This document shows, in pieces, positions 44,588 to 58,428 of a stretch of 64,000 bases of DNA. How positions within the stretch are numbered: position 1 is the first letter of the stretch; every line of letters begins with the position of its first letter. Both the position numbers and the translations under genes were made by a program. The notes below the pieces were generated by a model. The model was not told the origin of the DNA and did no database searches. It worked only from the letters and a program-made list of their open reading frames with translations. The stretch is from positions 608,001 to 672,000 of the forward strand of contig CAWIBO010000002.1 in the NCBI GenBank assembly GCA_963834385.1. Reading direction: 5' to 3'. Origin of the DNA: an uncultured Verrucomicrobiae bacterium (lineage in GTDB: Bacteria; Verrucomicrobiota; Verrucomicrobiia; Chthoniobacterales; UBA10450).

Positions 44588-45670
44588 ATGAGCGAACTGA
44601 CGTTGGTTCCCCCGGCCGAGATGGAGCGCGCCTGGCGCACGCGCGATGCGAGTTACGACGGCGTCTTCTTCACCGCGGTCAAAACCACCGGCATCTTCTG
44701 CAAGCCTTCGTGTCCTTCGCGTCCGAAACGCGAGCACATCGAATTTTTTCCCGTGCTGGGCGAAGCGATTCGCGCCGGTTATCGCCCGTGCAAACGTTGT
44801 CAGCCGGAACTGGCCGGGGGCCGTCCGCCCGCCTGGATTGCCCAGCTCATGGAGCGGGTGAACGCCGCCCCCGAACGCCCCTTGAAGGCGAGCGACCTGC
44901 GCGCGATGAATCTGACCCCGGAACGGGTGCGCCGGTGGTTCCAGCAGCATTATGGCATGACTTTCGCGGGCTGGTGCCGCGGCCTGCGTCTCTCCTCGGC
45001 CTTCACCCAGCTGCGCAACGGTTCGCCGCTCGAGGATGTGATCCTGGGGACCGGTTTCCAGTCGCACAGCGGGTTCGGCGATGCCTTCGCCCGCACCTTT
45101 GGCAAGGCCCCGCGCGCCGCCAGCAAAGGAACCTGCCTTCGCGCGGCCATGATCGAGACGCCGCTCGGGCCGATGGTGGCGGCGGCGGATGAGGAGTCCG
45201 TCTGCCTGCTGGAATTTGCCGACCGCCGGGGGCTCGAGCGGAGCTACGGGGAGATGCGGCGGCTTTACGGCGTGGAAGTGATTCCCGGCGACAACGAGAT
45301 CCTGCGCACCCTCCGCGCGGAGCTCTCCGCCTATTTCAAAGGGCGCCTGAAGAAATTCAGTGTCCCGGTTTCGCTGCGCGGCACGCCCTTCCAGGAAGAG
45401 GTCTGGCGCGAATTGCGCCGGATCCCAAGCGGCGAGACCGCCAGCTACGAGGCGATCGCGGAACGGCTCGGGAATCGGCAGGCGGTGCGCGCGGTCGCGC
45501 GGGCCAACGGCACCAACCGCATCTGCATTCTCATCCCGTGCCATCGCGTCATCGCGAAGGACGGCACCCTTAGCGGGTATGGCGGCGGCGTCTGGCGCAA
45601 ACGGCTCCTGCTCGAACTGGAACAGGGCCGGGCCCACCCTCCGGCCGGGACGCGGGCACGAAAGAATTGA
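44588..45670 (+). CDS. ada: Ada regulator / O6-methylguanine-DNA methyltransferase
   Basis: FCKPSC..RPCKRC zinc site, AraC-type HTH, GTPFQ, IPCHRV. Confidence 0.93.
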   Translation: MSELTLVPPAEMERAWRTRDASYDGVFFTAVKTTGIFCKPSCPSRPKREHIEFFPVLGEAIRAGYRPCKRCQPELAGGRPPAWIAQLMERVNAAPERPLKASDLRAMNLTPERVRRWFQQHYGMTFAGWCRGLRLSSAFTQLRNGSPLEDVILGTGFQSHSGFGDAFARTFGKAPRAASKGTCLRAAMIETPLGPMVAAADEESVCLLEFADRRGLERSYGEMRRLYGVEVIPGDNEILRTLRAELSAYFKGRLKKFSVPVSLRGTPFQEEVWRELRRIPSGETASYEAIAERLGNRQAVRAVARANGTNRICILIPCHRVIAKDGTLSGYGGGVWRKRLLLELEQGRAHPPAGTRARKN

Positions 45671-45704
45671 CGGCCGCCTCCCGGCCTGCGCAATAAGCAG
45701 GCCA

Positions 45705-46952
45705 GTGCGCCCGGAAGCTGCAGGCCCGCCCGGCAGGGTCAATCCCTCTCCCATCCCGGTCACCCCAGCCGGGGCCCGGCCTCGTCTCGACTCGCTCGAT
45801 CTGCTGCGCGGCGCGATCATGGTCCTGATGGCGCTCGATCATGCGCGCGATTATCTGAGCGCCGCCGTTCTCCTCTTTGAGCCGACCGATCTCGCCCGAA
45901 CGACGCCCGCGATTTTCCTGACCCGCTGGATCACGCATTTCTGCGCGCCGGTGTTCTTTCTGCTCGCCGGCACCGGGGCTTACCTTTCCCGGGGACGCGG
46001 CCGAACAACAAATGAGGTGGCGTGGTTTCTCGGCACACGCGGCCTCTGGCTGGTGGTCCTTGAACTGACCCTGGTCCACCTCGGCTGGATGTTCCGGTTC
46101 GATCCGCAGAACCTGGCCGGGCAGGTCATCTGGGCGCTGGGCTGGTCGATGGTGATCATGGCGGGCCTGGTTTACCTGCCGCTCCCGGCCATTGCCCTGT
46201 TCGGTCTCCTGCTCGTCGCAGGGCACAATCTTTTCGACGGCCTGGGGGCCGGGGCGTTCGGTTCGCTGGGCTGGCTTTGGCAAATCCTGCATGAGGGAGG
46301 CCCGATTCCCCTGGGCTCCTGGGGATTGCTTTTCATCGCCTATCCCCTCGTGCCCTGGGTGGGAGTCATGGCCGCAGGTTACGCGCTGGGCCCGGTCTTC
46401 CAGCGCGACCGGGTCGCGCGGCGCCGCACGCTCCTCCAGCTCGGCCTGCTCCTGACGGTGGCTTTCGTCCTCCTGCGCGCGTCGAATCTCTACGGTGATC
46501 CCCGGCCATGGACGTCCCAAAAGGATTGGATCTTCACCCTGTTCTCCTTCCTCGACTGCGCAAAATATCCGCCTTCACTCCTTTATCTGCTGATGACGCT
46601 GGGACCGGCGCTGCTTTTCCTGGCGTTTTTTGACGGAGCGCAGGGGCGCTGGACCCGGCCCTTCATTATTTTCGGGCGGGTGCCGCTCTTCTTTTACCTG
46701 TTGCACCTCCCGCTGATCCACGGGCTGGCGCTTCTCCTTTCCCTGATGCGGCACGGCCACGCCGCGGGTCTTCTCCAGACGCCTCCATTCTGGGGCCCGG
46801 AGGCGGCGGCGCTTTATCCGCCGGGTTACGGCTACACTCTTCCAATCGTTTACGCCTGCTGGATTGGCGTGGTCCTGCTGCTCCTGCCCTTGTGCCAATG
46901 GTTCGCGGCGCTGAAGCAGCGCCGGCGTGATGCCTGGCTCAGCTACTTCTGA
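45705..46952 (+). CDS. DUF1624/HGSNAT-like membrane protein (start uncertain)
   Basis: RLDSLDLLRG..MALDH, THFCAP, KYPPSL, GRVPLFFYLLH. Confidence 0.82.
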   Translation: MRPEAAGPPGRVNPSPIPVTPAGARPRLDSLDLLRGAIMVLMALDHARDYLSAAVLLFEPTDLARTTPAIFLTRWITHFCAPVFFLLAGTGAYLSRGRGRTTNEVAWFLGTRGLWLVVLELTLVHLGWMFRFDPQNLAGQVIWALGWSMVIMAGLVYLPLPAIALFGLLLVAGHNLFDGLGAGAFGSLGWLWQILHEGGPIPLGSWGLLFIAYPLVPWVGVMAAGYALGPVFQRDRVARRRTLLQLGLLLTVAFVLLRASNLYGDPRPWTSQKDWIFTLFSFLDCAKYPPSLLYLLMTLGPALLFLAFFDGAQGRWTRPFIIFGRVPLFFYLLHLPLIHGLALLLSLMRHGHAAGLLQTPPFWGPEAAALYPPGYGYTLPIVYACWIGVVLLLLPLCQWFAALKQRRRDAWLSYF

Positions 46953-46988
46953 AGGTTCGCATCCCCTGCCCGGCCCGGTGGGATGGAA

Positions 46989-48200
46989 TCAGGAGTAAAG
47001 ATATTCGTCGTGATACTCGCGCTGCGGCGCGAACTGGACCTGGGCGTCCCCGGCCGTTTCCGGATACTCGAAGATTTTGCCCTCGTAGTTCCGGATGACG
47101 ATTTTCTCGTTGTCGTGATAAAGCACGTAATCCGGATTGACCGGGACCTTGCCGCCGCCGCCGGGGGCATCGATGACGAACTGCGGCACGCCGTAGCCGG
47201 TGGTGTGGCCGCGCAGCCCCTCGATGATTTCCACGCCCTTCGCGACCGAGGCGCGCAGGTGGGATGAGCCGGTGATCAGATCGCACTGGTAGAGGTAATA
47301 GGGACGCACCCGGCACATGAGCAGCTTGTGCACGAGCGTCTTCATCGTCTCCAGGTCGTCGTTCACGCCGCGCAGGAGCACGCTCTGGTTGCCGAGCGGG
47401 ATGCCGTGGTTGGCCAGGCGTTCCAGCGCCTCCTTCACCTCCGTGGTGAGCTCGCGCGGATGGTTCACGTGCACGCTCATCCAGAGCGGATGATACTTCT
47501 GCAGCATCGCGCAGAGCTCCGGCGTGATCCGCTGCGGCAGGAAAATCGGCACGCGCGTGCCGATGCGCAGAAACTCGATGTGCGGGATCGCCCGCAGGCG
47601 GCTGAGGATTTTCTCCAGCTTTGCCGTCGCTGAAGAGCAGGGCGTCGCCGCCGCGAAAGCAGCACGTCGCGAACCTCGGTGTGTTCCTCGAGATAACGGA
47701 AGGCGGCCTCGAATTCCGTGTGCAGTTCCTGCTCGCCCACGCCGCTCACCACGCGGCTGCGGGTGCAGTAGCGGCAGTAGCTGGCGCAGCGGTCGGTCAC
47801 CAGGAAGAGCACCCGGTCCGGATAGCGATGGACCAGGCCCGGGACCGGCATGTGCGAATCCTCGCCGCAGGGGTCCGCCATTTCGTAGGGCGACGTCCAG
47901 GTTTCCTCGATCCGGGGAATGACCTGGCGGCGGATCGGGCAATCCGGATTATTGGGCTCGATCAGGTTGAAGAAATGCGGGAGTGATGGCCAGGGCCAGC
48001 TTGTCGCCGGAGAGCAGCACGCCGGCGCGCTCTTCGGCAGAAAGCTGCAGATGACGTTCCAATTGCGGCAGCGACGTGACGCGATTCTTCAGCTGCCACT
48101 TCCAGTCATTCCACTGCTCCGCCGGCACCTCCGGGAAGTATCCCGGTGCGTGCGAAATAAACTGTCTGCCCTCGCTGTTCCCTGCGGTGAGATTCACCAT
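46989..48200 (-). CDS. kamA: Lysine 2,3-aminomutase (KamA) radical SAM enzyme (frameshifts near 47978 and 47630-47655)
   Basis: WNDWKWQLKN, HRYPDR, CASYCRYC, NHPRE, NQSVLL, DAPGGGGK. Confidence 0.88.
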
Positions 48201-48351
48201 TATTCGATTTGTGGAAGAAAAACTTAAGGCTGTTAACTATCGTGTCAACGGCACGCGAACCTTACGCACGGGAAGACCCGCGCGGTTGCCTTCCCGGGGT
48301 GGACGCACCGGCTTGAACGATGCAGGTTTCAGCGTGTCCAAGGTTTCTACC

Positions 48352-49833
48352 ATGCGCCCCCTCCTCCTGCTTTTCTCCCTTGCCCTCCTCCCCCTTGGCT
48401 CCGCCTGGGCCCAGTCCACCAGCCCGGTGGAATCGGCCCCCACTCCTGCAGTGGAACCTGCCGCCGCGGAAGCCGGGAAAGATGTGCTGCACCAGCTCAG
48501 TAACGCCTTCGCCCGGGTCTACGATATCGTGGCCCCGGCCGTGGTCGTGATCGAGGTCTCAAAGGAGGCCGGGGAGGCGCCCTCTCTCGAGGATCTTTTT
48601 TTCCGGGGCCAACCGGAGGAGGAGGATGGCAATCGGCGGCGACTGCCGCGCAACTTCGGACCGGCTGAAAGCGAAGGCTCCGGCTTTATCGTCCGGGCGG
48701 ACGGCTACATCTACACCAACAACCACGTCCTCGACGGCGCGAACAAGGTGCGGGTGAAGCTGAAGGACGGCCGTGAATTCGAGGCCAAAGTGGTGGGCAC
48801 GGATGAAAAAACCGATATCGCCGTGATCAAGGTCGAGGCCGACAACCTCCCGGTGGCGCAGATCGGCAACAGCGAATCGGTCCGGGTCGGGCAGTTTGCC
48901 TTCGCCATCGGCGCCCCCTACAAGCTCGATTACACCTTTACCTACGGCGTCATCAGCGGCAAAGGCCGGAACCGTCTCTTTGAATCAGGCGGCTATGCCA
49001 TCACCGATTTTATCCAGACGGACGCTTCCATTAATCCGGGCAACAGCGGCGGGCCGCTGTGCGATATCGACGGCAACGTCATCGGCATGAACACCCTGAT
49101 CAACGGGCTGAACCGCGGCCTCGGCTTCGCCATTCCCATCAATCAGGTCAACGAAATCGGGCAGCAGCTCATGGCCGGGAAGAAAATCCTCCGGCCCTGG
49201 CTCGGCATCCGCATCGAGACTCTTGGGCAGGACTCGAGCATCCGCGATCTCTTCAAGGGCCTGGAGAACGGCGTGGTCGTCCGCACCATTGAAGCCGACG
49301 CGCCCGCCTACAAGAGCGAACTGCGCCCGTTTGACGTCATCACCGCGGTGGACGGCAAGACCGTGGATTCCGACACGGCCCTGCAGCGCGAGATCCTGCG
49401 CAAGGAAATCGGCCAGAAGGTGGAGCTGACCGTCTGGCGCAAGGGGAAGACGGTGAAGATCCCGATTACCACAGGCGAACTGCCGGGCCAGGTCAGCCGC
49501 GCCGCCAACGTCCCCTCGGCCCCCGCCCCGGATGATCCGCCGGAGACGAACAAGTTCGGCGTCCAGGTGCAGGAACTGACAAAGGAGGTGGCGGACCGCC
49601 TGAAGCTGAACACCGACCAGGGCGTCATCGTCACCGGGGTGGACGACAACAGCCTGGCCTCGCGCCAGGACATTCAGCGGGAGGATGTCATCACCGAGAT
49701 TGACGGGCAGCCGGTGACCGACCTGAAAAGCTTTCGCGCGGCCCTGAACAAGGCCGACCCGCGGAAAGGCGTCCTGCTTTATCTCGACCGCAAGGGCACG
49801 AAGACCTTTGCTGTCTTGAAAGCGGACGGCTAG
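48352..49833 (+). CDS. degP: DegP/HtrA serine protease with two PDZ domains
   Basis: Signal peptide; GSGF, TNNHV, TDIAV, GNSGGPL; intact triad. Confidence 0.92.
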   Translation: MRPLLLLFSLALLPLGSAWAQSTSPVESAPTPAVEPAAAEAGKDVLHQLSNAFARVYDIVAPAVVVIEVSKEAGEAPSLEDLFFRGQPEEEDGNRRRLPRNFGPAESEGSGFIVRADGYIYTNNHVLDGANKVRVKLKDGREFEAKVVGTDEKTDIAVIKVEADNLPVAQIGNSESVRVGQFAFAIGAPYKLDYTFTYGVISGKGRNRLFESGGYAITDFIQTDASINPGNSGGPLCDIDGNVIGMNTLINGLNRGLGFAIPINQVNEIGQQLMAGKKILRPWLGIRIETLGQDSSIRDLFKGLENGVVVRTIEADAPAYKSELRPFDVITAVDGKTVDSDTALQREILRKEIGQKVELTVWRKGKTVKIPITTGELPGQVSRAANVPSAPAPDDPPETNKFGVQVQELTKEVADRLKLNTDQGVIVTGVDDNSLASRQDIQREDVITEIDGQPVTDLKSFRAALNKADPRKGVLLYLDRKGTKTFAVLKADG

Positions 49834-49887
49834 GCGGGATCAAATATTGGCACGCAGCGGCACCGGCCGTTACGTTCCCCTCTTAAC

Positions 49888-50301
49888 ATGATCTTCCAGC
49901 TGATCTACCGAAGCACCGCGGCGCGGCCTTTTTATCCGGGCGATTTGCTGGCGCTCCTGGAACAAAGCCGCCGCAACAACGAGCGGCTGGAGATCACGGG
50001 CATGCTTCTCTTTCGGGACGGCCAATTCATGCAATTGCTTGAAGGGGACGAAGAGGTCGTGCGAGCCCGCTTCGAGATCATCGCGCACGATCCCCGGCAC
50101 AAGTGGGTCCACCTGGTCATGAGCGGCCCGTCCGGCCGCCGCGAATTCACCGGCTGGTCCATGGGTTTTGACGAGGCGGAGCGCTCCTCCTACCCCGCAA
50201 TCTGGCAGGAACAACTCCCGGGGGCGCAACCCTTTCCCGAGCAGGAAAGCGTGGCCCGCACTCTTCTCCTCTCTTTCCGGCCGGAGTCAGCCGCCGCCTG
50301 A
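49888..50301 (+). CDS. Standalone BLUF blue-light photoreceptor
   Basis: LIYRS (Tyr), NN, ITGML, FMQLLEG (Gln), DPRH, WSMGF (Trp/Met). Confidence 0.92.
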   Translation: MIFQLIYRSTAARPFYPGDLLALLEQSRRNNERLEITGMLLFRDGQFMQLLEGDEEVVRARFEIIAHDPRHKWVHLVMSGPSGRREFTGWSMGFDEAERSSYPAIWQEQLPGAQPFPEQESVARTLLLSFRPESAAA

Positions 50302-50314
50302 AGCGCGGGCCAGG

Positions 50315-50536
50315 TCAGCCTTTGCGGCCGGCCACCACCAGGACGATACCGCCGACCAGGCAGAGGCCGCCCACGACCGGGCCGATCGGAATCTTGTGCT
50401 CGTTCTCCTTGTTGATCTCCAGCGGCCCGAGCTTGGCCACGTTTTCCTTCGTGGTAAAGCTGGTGTAGCCGCCATAGGCGAGGGCAACGATGCCGATGGC
50501 GATCAGGATGACGCCGATAATACCGACTGGTTTCAT
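50315..50536 (-). CDS. Small membrane protein (DUF3185-like)
   Basis: Two TMs flanking AKLGPLEI. Confidence 0.7.
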   Translation of the reverse strand: MKPVGIIGVILIAIGIVALAYGGYTSFTTKENVAKLGPLEINKENEHKIPIGPVVGGLCLVGGIVLVVAGRKG

Positions 50537-50562
50537 AAGGGATGGTCTTTCCGGGTGCCCTT

Positions 50563-50712
50563 TTAGAGGGGCCGTCGACCTTGGATCAAGTTAATAATCA
50601 GAACGACGAGAGCGATGACGAGGAGGATGTGGATAAAGTTCCCCAGCACGCCAAAACCGAGCCAGCCGAGGGCCCAGAGCACGAGAAGAATGACGAAGAT
50701 AGTCCAGAGCAT
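50563..50712 (-). CDS. lmo0937-family small membrane protein
   Basis: MLWTIFVILLVLWALG...IHILLVIALVVLIINLIQGRR. Confidence 0.85.
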   Translation of the reverse strand: MLWTIFVILLVLWALGWLGFGVLGNFIHILLVIALVVLIINLIQGRRPL

Positions 50713-50868
50713 ATGTTTCCTTTTGTTGAGGTTACCAACGACTTCGCAAGCCGCTGGCTGGTCGCGCTTATGCACTTTTTATTTTTTTTCGTCAAGAGAT
50801 GTCGATATTTCCAAAAAAAGCACTAATTGCTGGCCTCTCCTTTCGTTCCTCCCTAAAAATGGACGACG

Positions 50869-51475
50869 ATGAACCGTCTCACCCGACTCCTCTGGCTTCC
50901 GCTCTTCCCCATCTTTCTCGCCTGCGCCCACGATGGAACCGTGGTGCGCAAGGAGTTCCGACCCCTCTCCGCCTGCCTGAGTTACGGCATCGAGGGCATC
51001 TATAATTTTGTCCTGCGCGGTCGCGACGGTGTCCTGCGCAGCCAGATGGTGACGCGCGAGGTCTACTCCCGCTATCAGCCCGGCGATTATTTCAACGATC
51101 TCCAGCCGCCCCCCACCGGTTCCTACGCAGGCAAGCACGGCGACAAGCAGGTGATTGATGCCCCCCTGCCGGAACCCTGCTGCCCGCCCACCCCGCTGCC
51201 CCGTCTTTATTACGGCGATCCGGGCACAATCACTCCGCTCAGCGATCACCGGGGCCACAAGCCCACGGCCGCCGTGAAGAAGGAAACCGTCACCCGCCTG
51301 GCTGCAAAAAAATCGGGCCGGCCTGCCACCGCGCGCCTGGCGACCACCCGCAAAAAAGCGACGGGTAAGTCCTCGAACAGGACCGCCACGGTCTCCCGCC
51401 CGGTCAGAACTGCCCCGGCAGCAACGGCACGCCTCCAGACCCGGACCACCGCCGCGGCCTGGCGCAGTGTCCCGC

Positions 51476-51501
<26 letters not shown>
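50869..51501 (+). CDS. Putative lipoprotein with a basic low-complexity tail
   Basis: FLAC lipobox; K/R/A/T-rich C-terminal half. Confidence 0.55.
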
Positions 51502-55354
<3,853 letters not shown>

Positions 55355-55358
55355 ACCG

Positions 55359-56411
55359 TCAGGGGGTGCGTTCCGCCGCGCTCGGGCGGGACTGCAGCCG
55401 CAGGGGGAGCGCCTGCTGCGGGGAAAGCGAGGAGGCGGTCACCGCGCTGCGCGCCGCCGGATGCCAGCTCGCCTCAACATCAAAGGTCAGTTTCTCTTCG
55501 CCACGCCGCACGGTCACCGGCACGGTTTCGCCGGCGGTGATAAAGAAAGAGGCGTCAATCACATCCTCCGGTTCGCGGACTTCGACGTTGCCCACCTGCA
55601 GAAGAATATCGCCCATCTGCGCGCCCGACTCGGCCGCGGGCGTTTCCGGCATGATCGCGGTCATCTGCGCGCGGGATTGTTCCACCCGCTCAGGCGCCTC
55701 ACCCACGTTGATGCCGACCCAGCCATGGCGGACCTCCCCAAAACGAACATAATCGCCCCGGATTTTCTCCGCGGCGTCGATCGGCAGAACATAACAGGAG
55801 GAGGCGTTCTCGAGGCTGCTCACCACCATCCCGACCACTTCACCGCGGAAATTCAGGAGCGGAGCCCCCGCTTCGCCCCGCTGCGTGGGCAGGTTTACCC
55901 GGAGATGCGTGGTGGCAAAATAGCGGCCGCGATACTTGCGGTCGAACCCGGCCACCATGCCAAAGCTGGGCGTCTGCGGCAGGTCGAGAGGAAACCCGAT
56001 CGTGACCACCGGGGTGGCGATCTCCAGCTGCGAGGATCTTCCAATCGGCAGAGCCTGGGTGGTGGCATCGATCTTGAGAATGGCGAGCCCGCTGCGCACA
56101 TCGGCCACGAGTTGTTGCGCCGGGTAGGTTTTCCCATCCATCTCCACGCTGAAACTTTCGGCGTCTCCACCCACCGAGTAGGCGGTGTAGAGCGTCCCGG
56201 TGGGATCAACGAAGAATCCGGTCCCGGAAAGCTCGCCATGTTTGTCGATGGCCTTGATCTTGACCACGGCGCGGGCGTGCCGGGCAAAGATGCCCTTGAC
56301 CTCCTGGCTGATGGAAGCCGCCACCGGGCCGGCCGGGGGCGATGCGGGGGAGGTCTCCTGGGCCGCGAGCGAAGCCGCGAGCAAAGGGGACAGGAAAAGC
56401 GTCCTGAACAT
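55359..56411 (-). CDS. HtrA/DegS-like (S1C + PDZ) protein, predicted catalytically inactive
   Basis: Signal peptide, GTGF, IGFP and HGWVGI PDZ; triad positions read TAYSV, SGLAI and GEAGAP. Confidence 0.82.
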   Translation of the reverse strand: MFRTLFLSPLLAASLAAQETSPASPPAGPVAASISQEVKGIFARHARAVVKIKAIDKHGELSGTGFFVDPTGTLYTAYSVGGDAESFSVEMDGKTYPAQQLVADVRSGLAILKIDATTQALPIGRSSQLEIATPVVTIGFPLDLPQTPSFGMVAGFDRKYRGRYFATTHLRVNLPTQRGEAGAPLLNFRGEVVGMVVSSLENASSCYVLPIDAAEKIRGDYVRFGEVRHGWVGINVGEAPERVEQSRAQMTAIMPETPAAESGAQMGDILLQVGNVEVREPEDVIDASFFITAGETVPVTVRRGEEKLTFDVEASWHPAARSAVTASSLSPQQALPLRLQSRPSAAERTP

Positions 56412-56445
56412 GAAAACGAAACCGGGCTGGCCTGACCGGAACAGG

Positions 56446-56934
56446 CTAGAACCTGAACGACGCCGACTCATAACTCACGGGAGGACTATCCAGCACATAC
56501 CGCGGCGGCGCGGTCCGTTGAGTTTGAGGGGACTCCGTCACGCTGCGGAAAACCGGGGTGCGGAAATCGCGGGTGGCCACGGGACTATGGAGGCTCCAAT
56601 TGGCCGTCTCCGGCGCGGTCGTCTCGATGGCAGCGGCCTCAAACTGTGCCAGTCCGTTGGTTTCCGGGGCCTGGTAGACCTTCAGGGTCAGAACGGCGGC
56701 ACAGATCAGAACGGCCGCCGCGGCCACCGGATAGGAAGTGAGCGAAGGAACATTCAGGTTCAGCATGAAGTCCTGCGCCCGCTGCAGGGCGAGGCGCCAG
56801 AGCGGCTGCCGCAGCAGTTCATCGCGCTGGCGGCGATGAAACTCGTGAATGAAATTATCGAAGTAGCCCGGCGGCGGCTGCTCAAATTTTTTGAGCCGCA
56901 GCAATTTTCCGATTTCCTGGTCGAGATTATCCAT
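56446..56934 (-). CDS. Putative anti-sigma factor
   Basis: LLRLKKFEQPPPGYFD..FHRRQR, single TM; directly downstream of the ECF sigma. Confidence 0.7.
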   Translation of the reverse strand: MDNLDQEIGKLLRLKKFEQPPPGYFDNFIHEFHRRQRDELLRQPLWRLALQRAQDFMLNLNVPSLTSYPVAAAAVLICAAVLTLKVYQAPETNGLAQFEAAAIETTAPETANWSLHSPVATRDFRTPVFRSVTESPQTQRTAPPRYVLDSPPVSYESASFRF

Positions 56935-56954
56935 GGGGGTTTGAGCCGGTCTGT

Positions 56955-57551
56955 CTAGGCAACAGGATTCTTCCGGAACTCGTCCAGATAATTCTGCAAT
57001 TGCCGGTTCGCGTAAAAGAGCCGGGACCGTACCGTACCCTCGGAGACGCGTAATATTTTACTGATTTCTGCATGGGGCATGCCCTGAATGTGGAACATGG
57101 TGACGACCGCTCTGTGTTCATCAGACAATTTCATCATGGCCTCGTTCAATCTTCGCTGCAGTTCGGACAGGTCGGCCTCGCGGACCGGACTGCTGGTGGC
57201 GGTCAGCTCAAGGAACTCCTTGTCGTTGTGGACGCTGCCGTCCACGTCATCCAGGCTCAGGTGAAAGCGCCGCCCCCGCTTTTTCAGGAAATTAAGTGTC
57301 ATGTTCACCGCGATCGAGTGAATCCAGGTGTAAAAGGAGGATTTGCCCCGGAACCCGCGGATTGACTTGTAGGCCTTCGAAAACACGTCCTGCAGCAGGT
57401 CGTTCGTGTCCTCGTGGTTCGAGGTCATGTTGTAGACCAGCCCGTAAAGCCGGGGGGTATACTTGATCACCAGCTGGTCAAAGGCGGAGGCGTCGCCCTC
57501 CTGAGCGCGCGCCACCAACTCCTGGTCGTCATCGGTCCGCGGCTGATCCAT
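56955..57551 (-). CDS. rpoE: ECF sigma factor, RpoE-like
   Basis: DQELV..AQEGD..AFDQL, FRGKSSFYTW, GTVRSRL; start may be 57551 or up to 57650. Confidence 0.88.
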   Translation of the reverse strand: MDQPRTDDDQELVARAQEGDASAFDQLVIKYTPRLYGLVYNMTSNHEDTNDLLQDVFSKAYKSIRGFRGKSSFYTWIHSIAVNMTLNFLKKRGRRFHLSLDDVDGSVHNDKEFLELTATSSPVREADLSELQRRLNEAMMKLSDEHRAVVTMFHIQGMPHAEISKILRVSEGTVRSRLFYANRQLQNYLDEFRKNPVA

Positions 57552-57649
57552 CACCTTGCGCCCAGCTTTAGCACGCGAGGAGAGCCCGGACGACAACAAT
57601 CCGGAAAGTCGTCCAGTTACAGGCACGGCCAGTGATTCACCCATCGCCA

Positions 57650-58351
57650 TCAGCCCCGGCGGTCCCGCAATAAAATAAGGTAGATCAGGTTGCCGAGGGC
57701 GGCGATGAAGGCCGCCACGTAGGTAAGGGCGGCGGCATTCAAGACCTTGCTGACGCCGGAAGCCTCGTGCCCCGCCTGCACCATCCCCATCTCGGAGAGG
57801 ATCACCTTGGCCCGGCGCGAGGCGTCAAACTCCACCGGGAGGGTGATGAGCTGGAATCCCAGGATGATGAGGTAACAATAAATCCCCAGCGTGATCAGGC
57901 CGGTAATCTGGAAGAAAATGCCGCCAAAAATGACAAAAGGAAGCAGCTGCGAGGAAACCTGGGTCAGGGGCACAATGGCCATCCGCCATTTCAGAGGCGC
58001 GTAGGCCTTGGCATGCTGGATGGCGTGGCCGCTCTCGTGCGCCGCAATCCCCAGCGCCGCCACTGAGGGCGTATGATAGACGTTCGTGGAAAGGCACAGA
58101 CGCTTCTTTGAGGGATCATAGTGATCGCCCAGGAAATCGTTGGTCTCCACCACCTCGACATCGTGGATCTGCGCCGCGCGCAGAATATCCCGAGCCGCCT
58201 CGGCACCGGTGATGTTGGAGCTGGCCCGCACTTCGCCCCATTTCTTGAAAGCGCCGCTCACGCGCATCTGCGCCCAGAGGCCGACAATGAGCGGGACGCC
58301 AATAAGAAGCATCCAGCTGCCAATTCCTCCACCAAGTCCTATCGGGTACAT
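57650..58351 (-). CDS. Neutral zinc metallopeptidase (YugP-like), membrane-bound
   Basis: DHYDP, AAHESGHAIQH, TLPVEFDASRRA, AALTYVA. Confidence 0.9.
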   Translation of the reverse strand: MYPIGLGGGIGSWMLLIGVPLIVGLWAQMRVSGAFKKWGEVRASSNITGAEAARDILRAAQIHDVEVVETNDFLGDHYDPSKKRLCLSTNVYHTPSVAALGIAAHESGHAIQHAKAYAPLKWRMAIVPLTQVSSQLLPFVIFGGIFFQITGLITLGIYCYLIILGFQLITLPVEFDASRRAKVILSEMGMVQAGHEASGVSKVLNAAALTYVAAFIAALGNLIYLILLRDRRG

Positions 58352-58428
58352 AATTCTTCTGTTTCTCCTGCCCTCTTAGACCGCCGAGGCGCTGATTCGT
58401 TCATCCACCAGCCGGCTGACGCCCAAAC

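Noticed and set aside
49847..49862. TTGGCACG upstream of BLUF (and TGGC..TGC at ~20436) as sigma54 promoters
   Set aside because: GG-to-GC spacing is 9 and 11 nt rather than the required 10.
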